The position numbers and the translations under genes are program-made. Under the pieces are notes generated by a model, which was given only the letters and a program-made list of their open reading frames with translations, was not told the DNA's origin and did not search any database. From the NCBI GenBank assembly GCA_043805415.1, contig JAZDHZ010000033.1, positions 89,600-153,599 on the forward strand: DNA of 64,000 bases. The letters are read 5' to 3'. Shown in pieces: positions 23,733-32,818 of the stretch. The stretch comes from Candidatus Omnitrophota bacterium. GTDB taxonomy: Bacteria; Omnitrophota; Gorgyraeia; B26-G9. How positions within the stretch are numbered: the first letter of the stretch is position 1; each line of letters opens with the position of its first letter.

Positions 23733-25385
23733 ATGGCTTTTTTTAGAACCACCGTAGGTCTATATATAGGTCCTAAAACTGTACAAATTGCCCAAATGCA
23801 AGCAATCGCGGGTAAGATACAGCTAACCAATTTTGTTCATGTCGATATATTCGATGGAGAACAATCCGAATCAGCCGATAAAGAGGCGCTGATTCTCTCT
23901 GCCCTCAAAAAAGCGGTAAATAAATCAAAAATTGATCTTAAAAGAGTTAATACAGTATTAATGCCAGGTATGGTATTATTACGTTATTTTCAAATGCCGA
24001 GAATTAGCGCCGAAGAGCTTGAAGAGGCGGTAAGATTTGAGGCAAGAAAATATATTCCTTTTCGTTTAGAAGAAGCGGTAACTGGTTTTTACATTCTGAA
24101 AGAAGATCAGGAAAAGAAAAAACTGGGAATCCTTTCTTTAGTAACAAAAGAAGAATCAATTAAAAACCACCTGACAATTCTCCATAAAGTTGATATCCAG
24201 CCAACGGCTGTGGAAACTGCCTCTTTTGCTTTGCTGCGTCTTTTGGAATATTCTGGAGATATCGAAAGAGATAAATCTAACGCGGTTTTGTATCTTTATG
24301 CCCAAAGAATAAATATTATAATCCTTAGAAACAGTATCCCTTATTTCGTGAGAGATATTTCTTTGGCAAAAAAAGAAGAATGGATAGATGACGAAACTGC
24401 TGAATTTTTAATGGGAGGAAAGATTAGTTCCGCTGACAGCCGGATAGTAACTCTGGAAAATATGATCAGTGAATTACGTATTTCTTTTGAATATTATAAA
24501 AAAGAGTTGGGAAAAGAAAATGTAAGTAAGATGATTTTGTGCGGAGAAGTTGATGATTTTGATGATTTAGAGCTTGTGAGCAAAGCTGCTCAAGATCAGC
24601 CGGATAATCCTTGTCCCTTGAGTGTGTTTTTAGAAAAACAATTTGATATCCCAGTTAGATTGGTTGATCCGCTAAAGAATATTGTTAGCCCTAAGGCAAA
24701 ACCCTTGCCGTATACTTTCCCAATGCTTGCCGTTACTATTGGGGCCGCTTTAAGAAACTTAAGTAAATCTACTGTGGAAATAGATCTTTTTCGTGCCAGA
24801 AAAAAAACAAGTTTAAAGGCTAAAGTCCTTATTACGAAAATGATCGGCATGGAAGTTGGCGCGCTTTTAGTTTGTTTTATTATTATGTTTATAGTATCTT
24901 CGGTGTTTATTTCCAGAGAAAATAATTTGCTGGAACAAGAAAAAAGATCAGCGCCAAAATTTATGGATTTAAGCCATTTTAGTGAAGATCAGTTAAAAAC
25001 GGGTGAGCAGGAAATAAAACAGAGAATTAATGCTTTTAATAAAATTGTTACAAATAGGTTTGTAGTCACTGATAAATTAAGCGCTTTATCAAAAATAATT
25101 CCTGATGGAATTTGGATGGATAAGTTCATTTTTTTAGTTTCGGCTAAAGAAAAAAATTATGTTGATCGTAGTCTTGAGCTTTCGCTATCGGGTTTTATTT
25201 ATACTGATCAAAAAGGTATGGAAATTGAAATGGTGAATGATTTTACTGAGGCATTAAAATCAAACGATTTGTTTTTTAGCGATTTTAAAGTAATAAAAAC
25301 TGGCTCAGTTGCCCGCGAAACATTTTACGCGATACCGGTTATGACTTTTGAATTGACATGCTTTTCTAAGGCTGGAGAAAAATAA
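23733..25385 (+). CDS. pilM: type IV pilus assembly protein, PilM-PilN fusion
   Basis: The N-terminal ~350 aa are PilM-like with an actin-type fold (VGLYIGPKTVQIAQM start; RYFQMPRISAEELEEAVRFEARKYIPF). A single TM helix (VGALLVCFIIMFIVSSVFI) follows, then a PilN-like periplasmic part. Confidence 0.7.
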   Translation: MAFFRTTVGLYIGPKTVQIAQMQAIAGKIQLTNFVHVDIFDGEQSESADKEALILSALKKAVNKSKIDLKRVNTVLMPGMVLLRYFQMPRISAEELEEAVRFEARKYIPFRLEEAVTGFYILKEDQEKKKLGILSLVTKEESIKNHLTILHKVDIQPTAVETASFALLRLLEYSGDIERDKSNAVLYLYAQRINIIILRNSIPYFVRDISLAKKEEWIDDETAEFLMGGKISSADSRIVTLENMISELRISFEYYKKELGKENVSKMILCGEVDDFDDLELVSKAAQDQPDNPCPLSVFLEKQFDIPVRLVDPLKNIVSPKAKPLPYTFPMLAVTIGAALRNLSKSTVEIDLFRARKKTSLKAKVLITKMIGMEVGALLVCFIIMFIVSSVFISRENNLLEQEKRSAPKFMDLSHFSEDQLKTGEQEIKQRINAFNKIVTNRFVVTDKLSALSKIIPDGIWMDKFIFLVSAKEKNYVDRSLELSLSGFIYTDQKGMEIEMVNDFTEALKSNDLFFSDFKVIKTGSVARETFYAIPVMTFELTCFSKAGEK

Positions 25386-25389
25386 TTTA

Positions 25390-25926
25390 ATGGCTATTAA
25401 AAAGATTATTCCACGCGAAATACAACAGGTTTTTATTGTTGGAGCAGTTATTTTTTTGTTTTTATTTTTTTGGGGTGGGCGTGTTTTGCAAAAATATCAT
25501 GACACGCAAATTATGAAGATAAGAAAACAGCGCAAAAGAGTTGAACTTGAAAATGCGGTTGCTGTGCAATTAAGTAAATTGAAAAAGCTTAAAGAAGAAA
25601 TAACAATTATTAATGAAAGTTCACGCTTTTTGGCTGAAATTGCTAAAATGTCTGGACAGCTTAATTTGAAGATTACTTCGATATCAGCGGTTCCTATTGA
25701 AAAGCGTGATGAGTTTATCAAATTAGGAGTAAGTATGGACATTGATACTACCTATCATGAGCTAGGGGTTTTTATGAGCAAACTTGAGTCAGCAGAACTA
25801 TTTATAACTGTTGAAAAATTAGAAATGATTTCTACTATGGGTAAAAATCCCGCGGAAGCGCCAAGGGTAAATGCCAAAATGAATCTTACAACTTTTGTTT
25901 TAACAGATACTATTTTGGAGAGATAA
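25390..25926 (+). CDS. pilO: type IV pilus assembly protein PilO-like
   Basis: N-terminal TM helix (VFIVGAVIFLFLFFWGG), a coiled coil and a C-terminal ferredoxin-like part. Located between pilMN and pilP/Q. Confidence 0.55.
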   Translation: MAIKKIIPREIQQVFIVGAVIFLFLFFWGGRVLQKYHDTQIMKIRKQRKRVELENAVAVQLSKLKKLKEEITIINESSRFLAEIAKMSGQLNLKITSISAVPIEKRDEFIKLGVSMDIDTTYHELGVFMSKLESAELFITVEKLEMISTMGKNPAEAPRVNAKMNLTTFVLTDTILER

Positions 25927-26474
25927 TGCGTAAAATTCTATTATTAGTTTTAGCATTAATCCTGGTTTTTTCTAGCAGCGATTCTTCTATTGCAGCGCCT
26001 GCTAAAAAGCCAGTTGCTAAAAAACCAGTTGCCAAAAAACCAGTTGCCAAAAAACCAGTTGCTAAAAAAGGCGCTGTTGAAGAAGTTGATAAAGACGTTG
26101 GTAAAGACGTAAAAAAAGAAAAATACAAATCCAGAAGTGAAATTAAATATACTGGTTTTGATTCTAAAAGGGATCCTTTTTCGCCTCCTGAAGTTGTTGT
26201 TAAGATGTTAGAAAAACCGGAAGGGATTCCTGGGGCTGAAATCTTGGCCAAGGATATTAAACTGCCTGCGATTGATTTGCAGGGAATTATTTGGTCAAAA
26301 AATATTCCACAGGTGATTATTAATGGCGGGGTGATGAAGGTGGGAGATTTCATTGAGGAGTTTGAAATAAAAGAAATTCGCAGAACTGGTATAATTTTAT
26401 TTTTTAAGGGCAATGATTATTTTATAAAAATGGTTGGTTATACCCAGAAAAATACGAAAAAGAAAAAAAGATAA
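25926..26474 (+). CDS. PilP-like pilus assembly protein with KKPVA repeats
   Basis: Signal peptide, then (KKPVA)x4, then a C-terminal beta-rich region LQGIIWSKNIPQVIINGGVMKVGDFIEEFEIKEI typical of PilP/GspC-HR-type domains. Sits directly upstream of the secretin gene. Confidence 0.45.
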   Translation: MRKILLLVLALILVFSSSDSSIAAPAKKPVAKKPVAKKPVAKKPVAKKGAVEEVDKDVGKDVKKEKYKSRSEIKYTGFDSKRDPFSPPEVVVKMLEKPEGIPGAEILAKDIKLPAIDLQGIIWSKNIPQVIINGGVMKVGDFIEEFEIKEIRRTGIILFFKGNDYFIKMVGYTQKNTKKKKR

Positions 26475-26484
26475 GGAGCTAGAA

Positions 26485-28128
26485 ATGAAAAGGATTTTTG
26501 CGATACTGATTATGTTGTGGCTGAATTTAGCTTTTTTGATGAGTATCCATCAACCTAGTTTTGTTTTTGCCCAAGCTCAGACAGAATATGCGATAGAGGA
26601 TGATTCAGCTGTTGCTGAGGCTGATGATAAAGGTTTGGTTTCTTTAGATTTTAAAGATGCTGATCTAAAAGATGTTTTAAAAGTTTTTTCTCAGCAGTCG
26701 GGTCTAAACTTTGTCGCGGCCAAAAACATAGAAGATAGAGCGATAACTCTGTATATGAATGATGTTTTAGTGGAAGATGCTTTAAAGACTTTGTTAGACG
26801 CGAATAATTTAGGGCTTGAGCAAAATCCAGGCAGTAATATTTTGATTGTCAACGCTAAGCCGACCCTGCCAATCCAAACCATCACTCGAGTTTATAAAGT
26901 TCGATATTATCATGGTAATGTTTCTCCGGGTACTTACCTTTTAACTGAAGGTAAAAATAAGGAAACTAGAGGATCTGGAGATTGGAAAGATATTATTAAG
27001 CCTTTATTGAGTGAGTTTGGGGTTGTGATTGATTATACGAATATCTTAATAATTACAGATGTGCCTGACCGATTTAAACTTATTGATCAAGTAATCAGCG
27101 AAATTGACCGTCCGATTCCTGAAGTAATGCTTGAGGTTGAATTAATTGAAACAACCTCTAATTTTCTGAAAAAAATTGGAATGGAGTGGAGTGAGCAAAT
27201 GATGACATTTTCCGGAGCTTCAACTATTACAGCTTTTCCATTTGTTACAGAAGGTCGCTCGCGTGCGGCTCCAGGTTTTACCACATTGATTACTCCCTTA
27301 GCTAAAGAAGGAGCTTTTTTTAGTTACGGGCTTTTAGATTCAAGTGTTATGCAGTGGACGATGAGGATGTTGCAGACTGATACCAATACAAAGTTTCTCT
27401 CAAAACCAAGAATTCTTGTCCAGGACCGAGAGTGGGCGGAAATTAAAGTAACAGCTGATCAAATTGTTTCCGTGCAATCAACTGTTGATAATGAAACCGG
27501 AGATGTTACAACAAAAGTTGAAAGAATGGAAGTTGGAACAATTTTACGCCTAGTTCCGATTATTAACGCGGAAGAGGGATTTGTTTCAATTCTTTTAGAA
27601 CCAAGTATTTCCCGTCCGGTTCAGTCAGTATTTAAATCTATTGATGATACTAATTTCGTTGATCCGCATTCAAGAAGTATGCGTACTGTAGTGATGTCGC
27701 GTGATGGAGAAACAATAGCAATCGGTGGTTTTATTACAACTGAAGATCAAGAAGTAAAGACTAAAGTGCCTTGGCTGGGAGATTTGCCGCTTCTCGGTAT
27801 GTTTTTCCGTCATACTTCAAATGACCGGGTGGATAAGGAATTGCTGATTTTTGTTACGCCAAGAATTGTAAATCCTTCTGAGAAAGTGGAAATGTGGATG
27901 AGTGATAGTTTTAACAAAGGAGTGCTTGAGCATGCTCAAGGCCGTGAACAATCCGCATCTGCGCCGACGCAAGATAATAATAAAGTTTTAGTAAAGAAAG
28001 GTGATTCTGAAGCGAAAGAAACATCTTTAAATGATATGCCTTTTAGAGAACAGGAAGAAACAATAGACAGTAGTATTGATTTAACTTTACAGAGTTCAAG
28101 TTTGACTACCGTTGATTTAATAAAATAG
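26485..28128 (+). CDS. pilQ: type IV pilus secretin PilQ
   Basis: Secretin C-domain signature VPWLGDLPLLGMFFRHTSNDRVDKELLIFVTPRIV and N-terminal secretin-N type repeats. Start moved to the ATG at 26485, which follows an AAGGAG Shine-Dalgarno and begins a signal peptide (MKRIFAILIMLWLNLAF). Confidence 0.85.
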   Translation: MKRIFAILIMLWLNLAFLMSIHQPSFVFAQAQTEYAIEDDSAVAEADDKGLVSLDFKDADLKDVLKVFSQQSGLNFVAAKNIEDRAITLYMNDVLVEDALKTLLDANNLGLEQNPGSNILIVNAKPTLPIQTITRVYKVRYYHGNVSPGTYLLTEGKNKETRGSGDWKDIIKPLLSEFGVVIDYTNILIITDVPDRFKLIDQVISEIDRPIPEVMLEVELIETTSNFLKKIGMEWSEQMMTFSGASTITAFPFVTEGRSRAAPGFTTLITPLAKEGAFFSYGLLDSSVMQWTMRMLQTDTNTKFLSKPRILVQDREWAEIKVTADQIVSVQSTVDNETGDVTTKVERMEVGTILRLVPIINAEEGFVSILLEPSISRPVQSVFKSIDDTNFVDPHSRSMRTVVMSRDGETIAIGGFITTEDQEVKTKVPWLGDLPLLGMFFRHTSNDRVDKELLIFVTPRIVNPSEKVEMWMSDSFNKGVLEHAQGREQSASAPTQDNNKVLVKKGDSEAKETSLNDMPFREQEETIDSSIDLTLQSSSLTTVDLIK

Positions 28129-28150
28129 GTGTTTTTACACAGGTGAAATT

Positions 28151-29851
28151 ATGATTAAATCTAATTTGAAATTAGGTGATATTTTAATTAAACAAGGATT
28201 GCTCTCTGAAGAGCAATTGATTGCTGTTTTAGATGAACAAAAGGAATCAGGAGTTAAGCTGGGAGAAATTTTAATTCAAAAGAAATTTGTTTCGGAAAAA
28301 GATATAGCAGGTGCTCTTTCTAAACAAATGGGCATTTTATTCGCTTCAATTGAAAAAGGTTTATTGCGTCCGAACCTTCATCAGGAACTTGAAAAAATAA
28401 TTCCTGAGGACTACGCGATATATCATCGAACGATTCCGCTTTCGAGACATAGTAATAATATTACCATCGCAATGGTTGATCCATTGGATATTATGACCAT
28501 TGATGATGTTATGAAGATGGCTGGTTGTGATGTTAATGTTGTAGTAACGACCAGCAGTGATATGGACAAGGCAATCAATGACTTTTATAAAAGCAAGGAT
28601 ATGGAAAAGAAAAATATCCAGGAAAAGTTTATATTAATGGATGGGGATGAAGTAAGAGATCAAAGAGAGACTGATGTTCGCGATGTGGTTTCGGAAGCGG
28701 ATGCCGCGCCAGTTGTTAAGTTTGTTGATATTATCTTAAGTGACGCGATAGAACAGGGAGCATCGGATATTCATATTGAACATTATGAAGAAAGAGTAAG
28801 TTTAAGATACAGGATTGATGGGGTGCTTTATGACGCGAATGCTCCTGATATAAAAATGTATTTCGCGATTATTTCTCGGATTAAGATTTTAGCTAAAATG
28901 GATATTGCTGAGCGCCGCCTTCCTCAGGATGGCGGATTTTCGATTGCTTTTGGTGAAAAATTTATTGATGTCCGCGTTTCAAGTATTCCCGCGATATTTG
29001 GTGAAAAAATTGTTATGCGTTTATTAGATCAAGCAAAACTTCCTTTGGAATTTAAATATTTGGGTTTTGACGAGCAGGATTTAAAATTGCTGAGAAGGGA
29101 AATTTTTAAGCCATACGGGATGGTTTTTGTTACAGGTCCTACGGGATCAGGAAAATCCACGTCCCTTTATACGATGTTAAACGCGATAAAAAGTCCGCGT
29201 AAAAATATTATTACTTGTGAAGATCCTGTTGAATATAAACTCGATGGGATCAATCAGGTGCAGGTTAAGCCGCTTATTGGTCTAAATTTTGCCAATACCT
29301 TAAGAGCTTTTTTAAGACAAGATCCAGATGTTATTATGGTTGGAGAAGTCAGAGACTTAGAGACAGCTCAAATGTGTATTCGCGCCGCGTTAACGGGTCA
29401 CTTGGTTTTAAGTACTTTGCATACTAATGACGCGCCGACTGCTGTTACCAGAATTATGGATATTGGAATAGAACCTTTTTTACTAGTTTCCGCCTTAAGG
29501 CTTGTTGTTGCCCAGAGGTTGATCCGAAGGTTGTGTGAAAAGTGTAAGCAGCCTGTAGCTAATCCTGGAGTAAAGTATAAAGACTTAGATTTGGAAGGAA
29601 ATACTATTTATGAGTCTCAGGGTTGCGAGGAGTGTCGGTTTACTGGGTTTAAAGGCAGAATTGGAATATATGAGCTTTTGCCGATTAATGAGGAAGTTAG
29701 AAATATGATTTATTATCGTAAGTCCAGTGATGAAATTAGAAAAAGAGCAGAAGCTACCGGTATGCGCAGTTTATATCAATGCGGGATAGCGAAAATGAAG
29801 CAGGGGATTACAACGCTTGAAGAGGTAATTGCAGTTACAGTATCTGATTAA
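28151..29851 (+). CDS. pilB: type IV pilus assembly ATPase PilB (GspE family) with MshEN-type N-terminus
   Basis: Walker A GPTGSGKST, Walker B DPDVIMVGEVRD, His box LVLSTLHTND, tetracysteine CEKC...CEEC. Two N-terminal 24-aa MshEN motifs. Confidence 0.9.
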   Translation: MIKSNLKLGDILIKQGLLSEEQLIAVLDEQKESGVKLGEILIQKKFVSEKDIAGALSKQMGILFASIEKGLLRPNLHQELEKIIPEDYAIYHRTIPLSRHSNNITIAMVDPLDIMTIDDVMKMAGCDVNVVVTTSSDMDKAINDFYKSKDMEKKNIQEKFILMDGDEVRDQRETDVRDVVSEADAAPVVKFVDIILSDAIEQGASDIHIEHYEERVSLRYRIDGVLYDANAPDIKMYFAIISRIKILAKMDIAERRLPQDGGFSIAFGEKFIDVRVSSIPAIFGEKIVMRLLDQAKLPLEFKYLGFDEQDLKLLRREIFKPYGMVFVTGPTGSGKSTSLYTMLNAIKSPRKNIITCEDPVEYKLDGINQVQVKPLIGLNFANTLRAFLRQDPDVIMVGEVRDLETAQMCIRAALTGHLVLSTLHTNDAPTAVTRIMDIGIEPFLLVSALRLVVAQRLIRRLCEKCKQPVANPGVKYKDLDLEGNTIYESQGCEECRFTGFKGRIGIYELLPINEEVRNMIYYRKSSDEIRKRAEATGMRSLYQCGIAKMKQGITTLEEVIAVTVSD

Positions 29852-29886
29852 AATATTTGTTAAAGCCAGCCTAAAGGCCTCTTATA

Positions 29887-29895
29887 TGGTATAAT
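29887..29895 (+). promoter_or_regulatory. possible internal extended -10 promoter ahead of pilC
   Basis: TGGTATAAT (TGn + consensus TATAAT). No good -35 element. Confidence 0.3.
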
Positions 29896-29972
29896 ATATT
29901 AAAGGCTAAAATCTCAAGTAGCTAAATAATTTGACTTTAGAGTAAAAAATTGTTCAGGAGATATTAACTAGA

Positions 29973-31208
29973 ATGCCGGATTTTTTATATAAAGCAAGAG
30001 ACTCTGATGGAAATCTAGTTCAGGGTACAATGATTGCTGAATCGGAGTCTGAAGTTATAGAAATTCTACAGCGCAGAGCCTTGCTTATTACATCAGTACA
30101 GGAAATAGTTGTAAAACAAAAAGCAAAAGGTTTTGGTTTTAAATTCGGAAAAAAAATTTCGCTTTCTAGCAGAGTTAAACTTGATGACTTGTGTATTTTC
30201 GCGAGACAACTTGGAACTTTGCTGAATGCTGGTGTGCCTTTGTTAAGAAGCCTTTCGGTATTAGCTAAACAGATCGGCAGTGCTCCTTTACGTGATGCGG
30301 TTGAGAAAATTAAGGAAGATATTCAGAGTGGAAGCACTTTACGTGATGCTTTAGATAAACATCCTAAAGTGTTTTCCTCTTTTTGGGTTAATTTAGTTGG
30401 AACTGGTGAAGCTTCTGGTCAATTGCCTTCAGTTCTTGAGCAAATCGCGCAGTATTTTGAAAGTTCTGGGGAATTGCAAAGAAAGATAGTTTCGGCATTA
30501 ACTTATCCGGCGATTCTAATGGTTGTTTGTTTAGGAGCAATTTTAGTTTTTGTTATGAAGATTGTACCTGTTTTTGCTGAAATGTTTGCAAGTTTTGGAA
30601 CCGCGCTTCCTCCAGCTACGCAATTTGTTGTAGACCTTAGTGCTTTTATGAGCAAGTTTGGTTTGCCTCTCTTGATTTTAACCCCAGTACTAATTTTTTT
30701 AATAAGAAAATTATTAAAAACTGATAAAGGCCGGTTCTATTTTGACCATTTTCGGCTAAAGATGCCTATTTTTGGGATACTTTTTAGAAATATTGCAATC
30801 GCGAATTTTGCCAGAGGCCTGGGAACAATGATATCTAGTGGTGTTCCTATTCTTTATGCTCTAGAAATTGTTACAAAAACTGTGGGCAATAGAGTTATTG
30901 AAGACGCGCTTGAAATGGTCAAAGACAGTGTACGTGATGGTAAGTCAATTGCTGAGCCGCTTGAACAATGCGGAATTTTTCCTCCAATGGTTGTGTTGAT
31001 GGTTAATGTCGGCGAAGAAACTGGTGAATTAGCTGATATGCTTAAACATGTCGCTATATTTTATGAGGAAAGAATATCAATGATGGTAGAGAGATTATCC
31101 GCGCTTATTGAGCCTTTTATGTTAGTTTTTATGGGCGGACTGGTAGGCTTTTTAGTTATTGCTATGTTTATGCCGATATTTAAATTAGCTACAGCGGTAA
31201 ATATGTAA
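29973..31208 (+). CDS. pilC: type IV pilus platform protein PilC (GspF family)
   Basis: Two GspF-type repeats (FARQLGTLLNAGVPLLRSL and FARGLGTMISSGVPILYAL) and three TM segments; 411 aa. Confidence 0.85.
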   Translation: MPDFLYKARDSDGNLVQGTMIAESESEVIEILQRRALLITSVQEIVVKQKAKGFGFKFGKKISLSSRVKLDDLCIFARQLGTLLNAGVPLLRSLSVLAKQIGSAPLRDAVEKIKEDIQSGSTLRDALDKHPKVFSSFWVNLVGTGEASGQLPSVLEQIAQYFESSGELQRKIVSALTYPAILMVVCLGAILVFVMKIVPVFAEMFASFGTALPPATQFVVDLSAFMSKFGLPLLILTPVLIFLIRKLLKTDKGRFYFDHFRLKMPIFGILFRNIAIANFARGLGTMISSGVPILYALEIVTKTVGNRVIEDALEMVKDSVRDGKSIAEPLEQCGIFPPMVVLMVNVGEETGELADMLKHVAIFYEERISMMVERLSALIEPFMLVFMGGLVGFLVIAMFMPIFKLATAVNM

Positions 31209-31224
31209 TTCACAGGAGGATATT

Positions 31225-31617
31225 ATGAAGAAAAAAGCGTTTACCTTGATTGAATTAATGATAACGGTTATGATTATCGCTATTTTAGTGAGCATTGCTA
31301 TTCCGAATTACATTAATACTGTGGAAAGAGCACGCGCTCGCGAGGCAAGATCAACATTGGAATCCATGCTTGCTGCTGAACGGAGCTATGCTGCTGAGCG
31401 ACGTTCGTTTATTAGTCTGGGAGCAGCTACAACTACTGATTGGCAAGCAATTGGTTTGGAAAATCCGAATCTTAATACCAATAATTCCTGGACATATACC
31501 GGAACAGCAGCTGGGACTAATTTTACCGCGACCGCAACCCGGATTGACGGTCCATATGGTGGAGCTACTATTGATCTTGACCAGGATGGAGCAGAGACAG
31601 TTAGTACTTTTTATTAA
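31225..31617 (+). CDS. pilA: type IV pilin (major pilin candidate of the operon)
   Basis: MKKKAFTLIELMITVMIIAILVSIAIPNY class III signal. AGGAGGA Shine-Dalgarno. Its C-terminus (GPYGGATIDLDQDG) is paralogous to the pilin at 8811 (GPYAGDTVTMDQDG). Confidence 0.8.
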   Translation: MKKKAFTLIELMITVMIIAILVSIAIPNYINTVERARAREARSTLESMLAAERSYAAERRSFISLGAATTTDWQAIGLENPNLNTNNSWTYTGTAAGTNFTATATRIDGPYGGATIDLDQDGAETVSTFY

Positions 31618-32755
31618 TTGTTTTCAGGATAGCTTGAGCCGCGTTTTTGTTTACCTGTCCGGAGCCAAGTTTATGCTTAACGGCTAAAAGCTTTTGGGTT
31701 TGAGCCTGCTTAAACGCGGTATTTTTATTTAAAAAACGAATGGTACAAGACACAATATTATTTTTATTAGATTGTCCCTGAATAAACTCAGGGACAATTT
31801 TTTTTCTGGCAACAACATTAACTAATCCGATATAAGGCAGTTTGATCAGCAGTTTGGAAATAAACCAAGTAAAAAAGCTGGTTTTATAAGTAATCAGCAT
31901 GGGAATGCCGAGAATCGCGGTTTCTAAAGTAGCTGTACCGGAACAAACCCAGGCATATGAACAAATACTGATAAAATCATAACTATGATCAGTGATTATT
32001 TCAATCGCTAGATGTTTGTAATTATTAAGATAAGTTTCAATAGTTCCTGGTTTAATATTAGCTGCTTTGATTAAAACAAAGCGAACAGCAGGCATTTTTT
32101 GGTGTAATTTATCCGCGCTGGCCAGCATAACCGGCAATAATCTTTTTACTTCAATCTGCCGCGAACCAGGAAGCAGGGCAATAATTGTATCAGACGGGGT
32201 AATTCCTTTTGCTTTGATTAATTCCGCTTTATTCTCTGAGAGCACAACGCTTTCCATCAGGGGATGTCCGACAAATTCAGCATCAATTCCATGCTGATTA
32301 TACAGGGTTGCTTCAAAATCAAAAACAACCAGCATTTTATCCACGATTTTTTCAATTAGTTTAATCCGTTTTTTACCCCAGGCCCAAACCTGCGGGCTGA
32401 TATAATAAATTATTTTTACATCCGGAAACAAGTGTTTAACTTTTTTGGCCAAACGAAGATTGAAACCCGGATAATCAATAAGTATCAGAGCCTTGGGCTG
32501 TATTTGTTTTATTTTTTCTAAAGTTAAATCAAAAGCTTTTTTGAAGATTGAGTAATGTTTTAAAACCTCAATAAAGCCGATTACCGCGTATTGCGCCAGA
32601 TCAGTAAAAATTTCCACGCCGGCTTTTTCCATCAGCCTGCTGCCAATGCCGTAAATCCGCAACTCGGGATTAAGCGTCTTTAATTCTTTTACTAAAGCAG
32701 CGCCATGCATATCCGCAGATGGTTCTCCAGCTATAATGATTATTGAATTATTCAT
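31601..32755 (-). CDS. lpxB: lipid-A-disaccharide synthase
   Basis: N-terminus IIIIAGEPSADMHGAALVKELK...IYGIGSRLMEKAG matches the LpxB GT19 pattern; 384 aa. Confidence 0.85.
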   Translation of the reverse strand: MNNSIIIIAGEPSADMHGAALVKELKTLNPELRIYGIGSRLMEKAGVEIFTDLAQYAVIGFIEVLKHYSIFKKAFDLTLEKIKQIQPKALILIDYPGFNLRLAKKVKHLFPDVKIIYYISPQVWAWGKKRIKLIEKIVDKMLVVFDFEATLYNQHGIDAEFVGHPLMESVVLSENKAELIKAKGITPSDTIIALLPGSRQIEVKRLLPVMLASADKLHQKMPAVRFVLIKAANIKPGTIETYLNNYKHLAIEIITDHSYDFISICSYAWVCSGTATLETAILGIPMLITYKTSFFTWFISKLLIKLPYIGLVNVVARKKIVPEFIQGQSNKNNIVSCTIRFLNKNTAFKQAQTQKLLAVKHKLGSGQVNKNAAQAILKTINKKY

Positions 32756-32818
32756 ATATTAGTATCAATGGCTTAGGGTTAAGGTTTTTATTCGCGCAAT
32801 TGTCTATAAACGCGGGGA

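Noticed and set aside
25910-26413. 167-aa minus-strand ORF opposite the PilP-like gene
   Set aside because: It is a shadow of the KKPVA repeat region (read as GFLAT repeats) and sits inside a co-directional operon.
31295-31687. 130-aa alternative-frame ORF overlapping the operon pilin
   Set aside because: It is out of frame with a well-supported pilin CDS, has no Shine-Dalgarno and shows no recognisable motifs.
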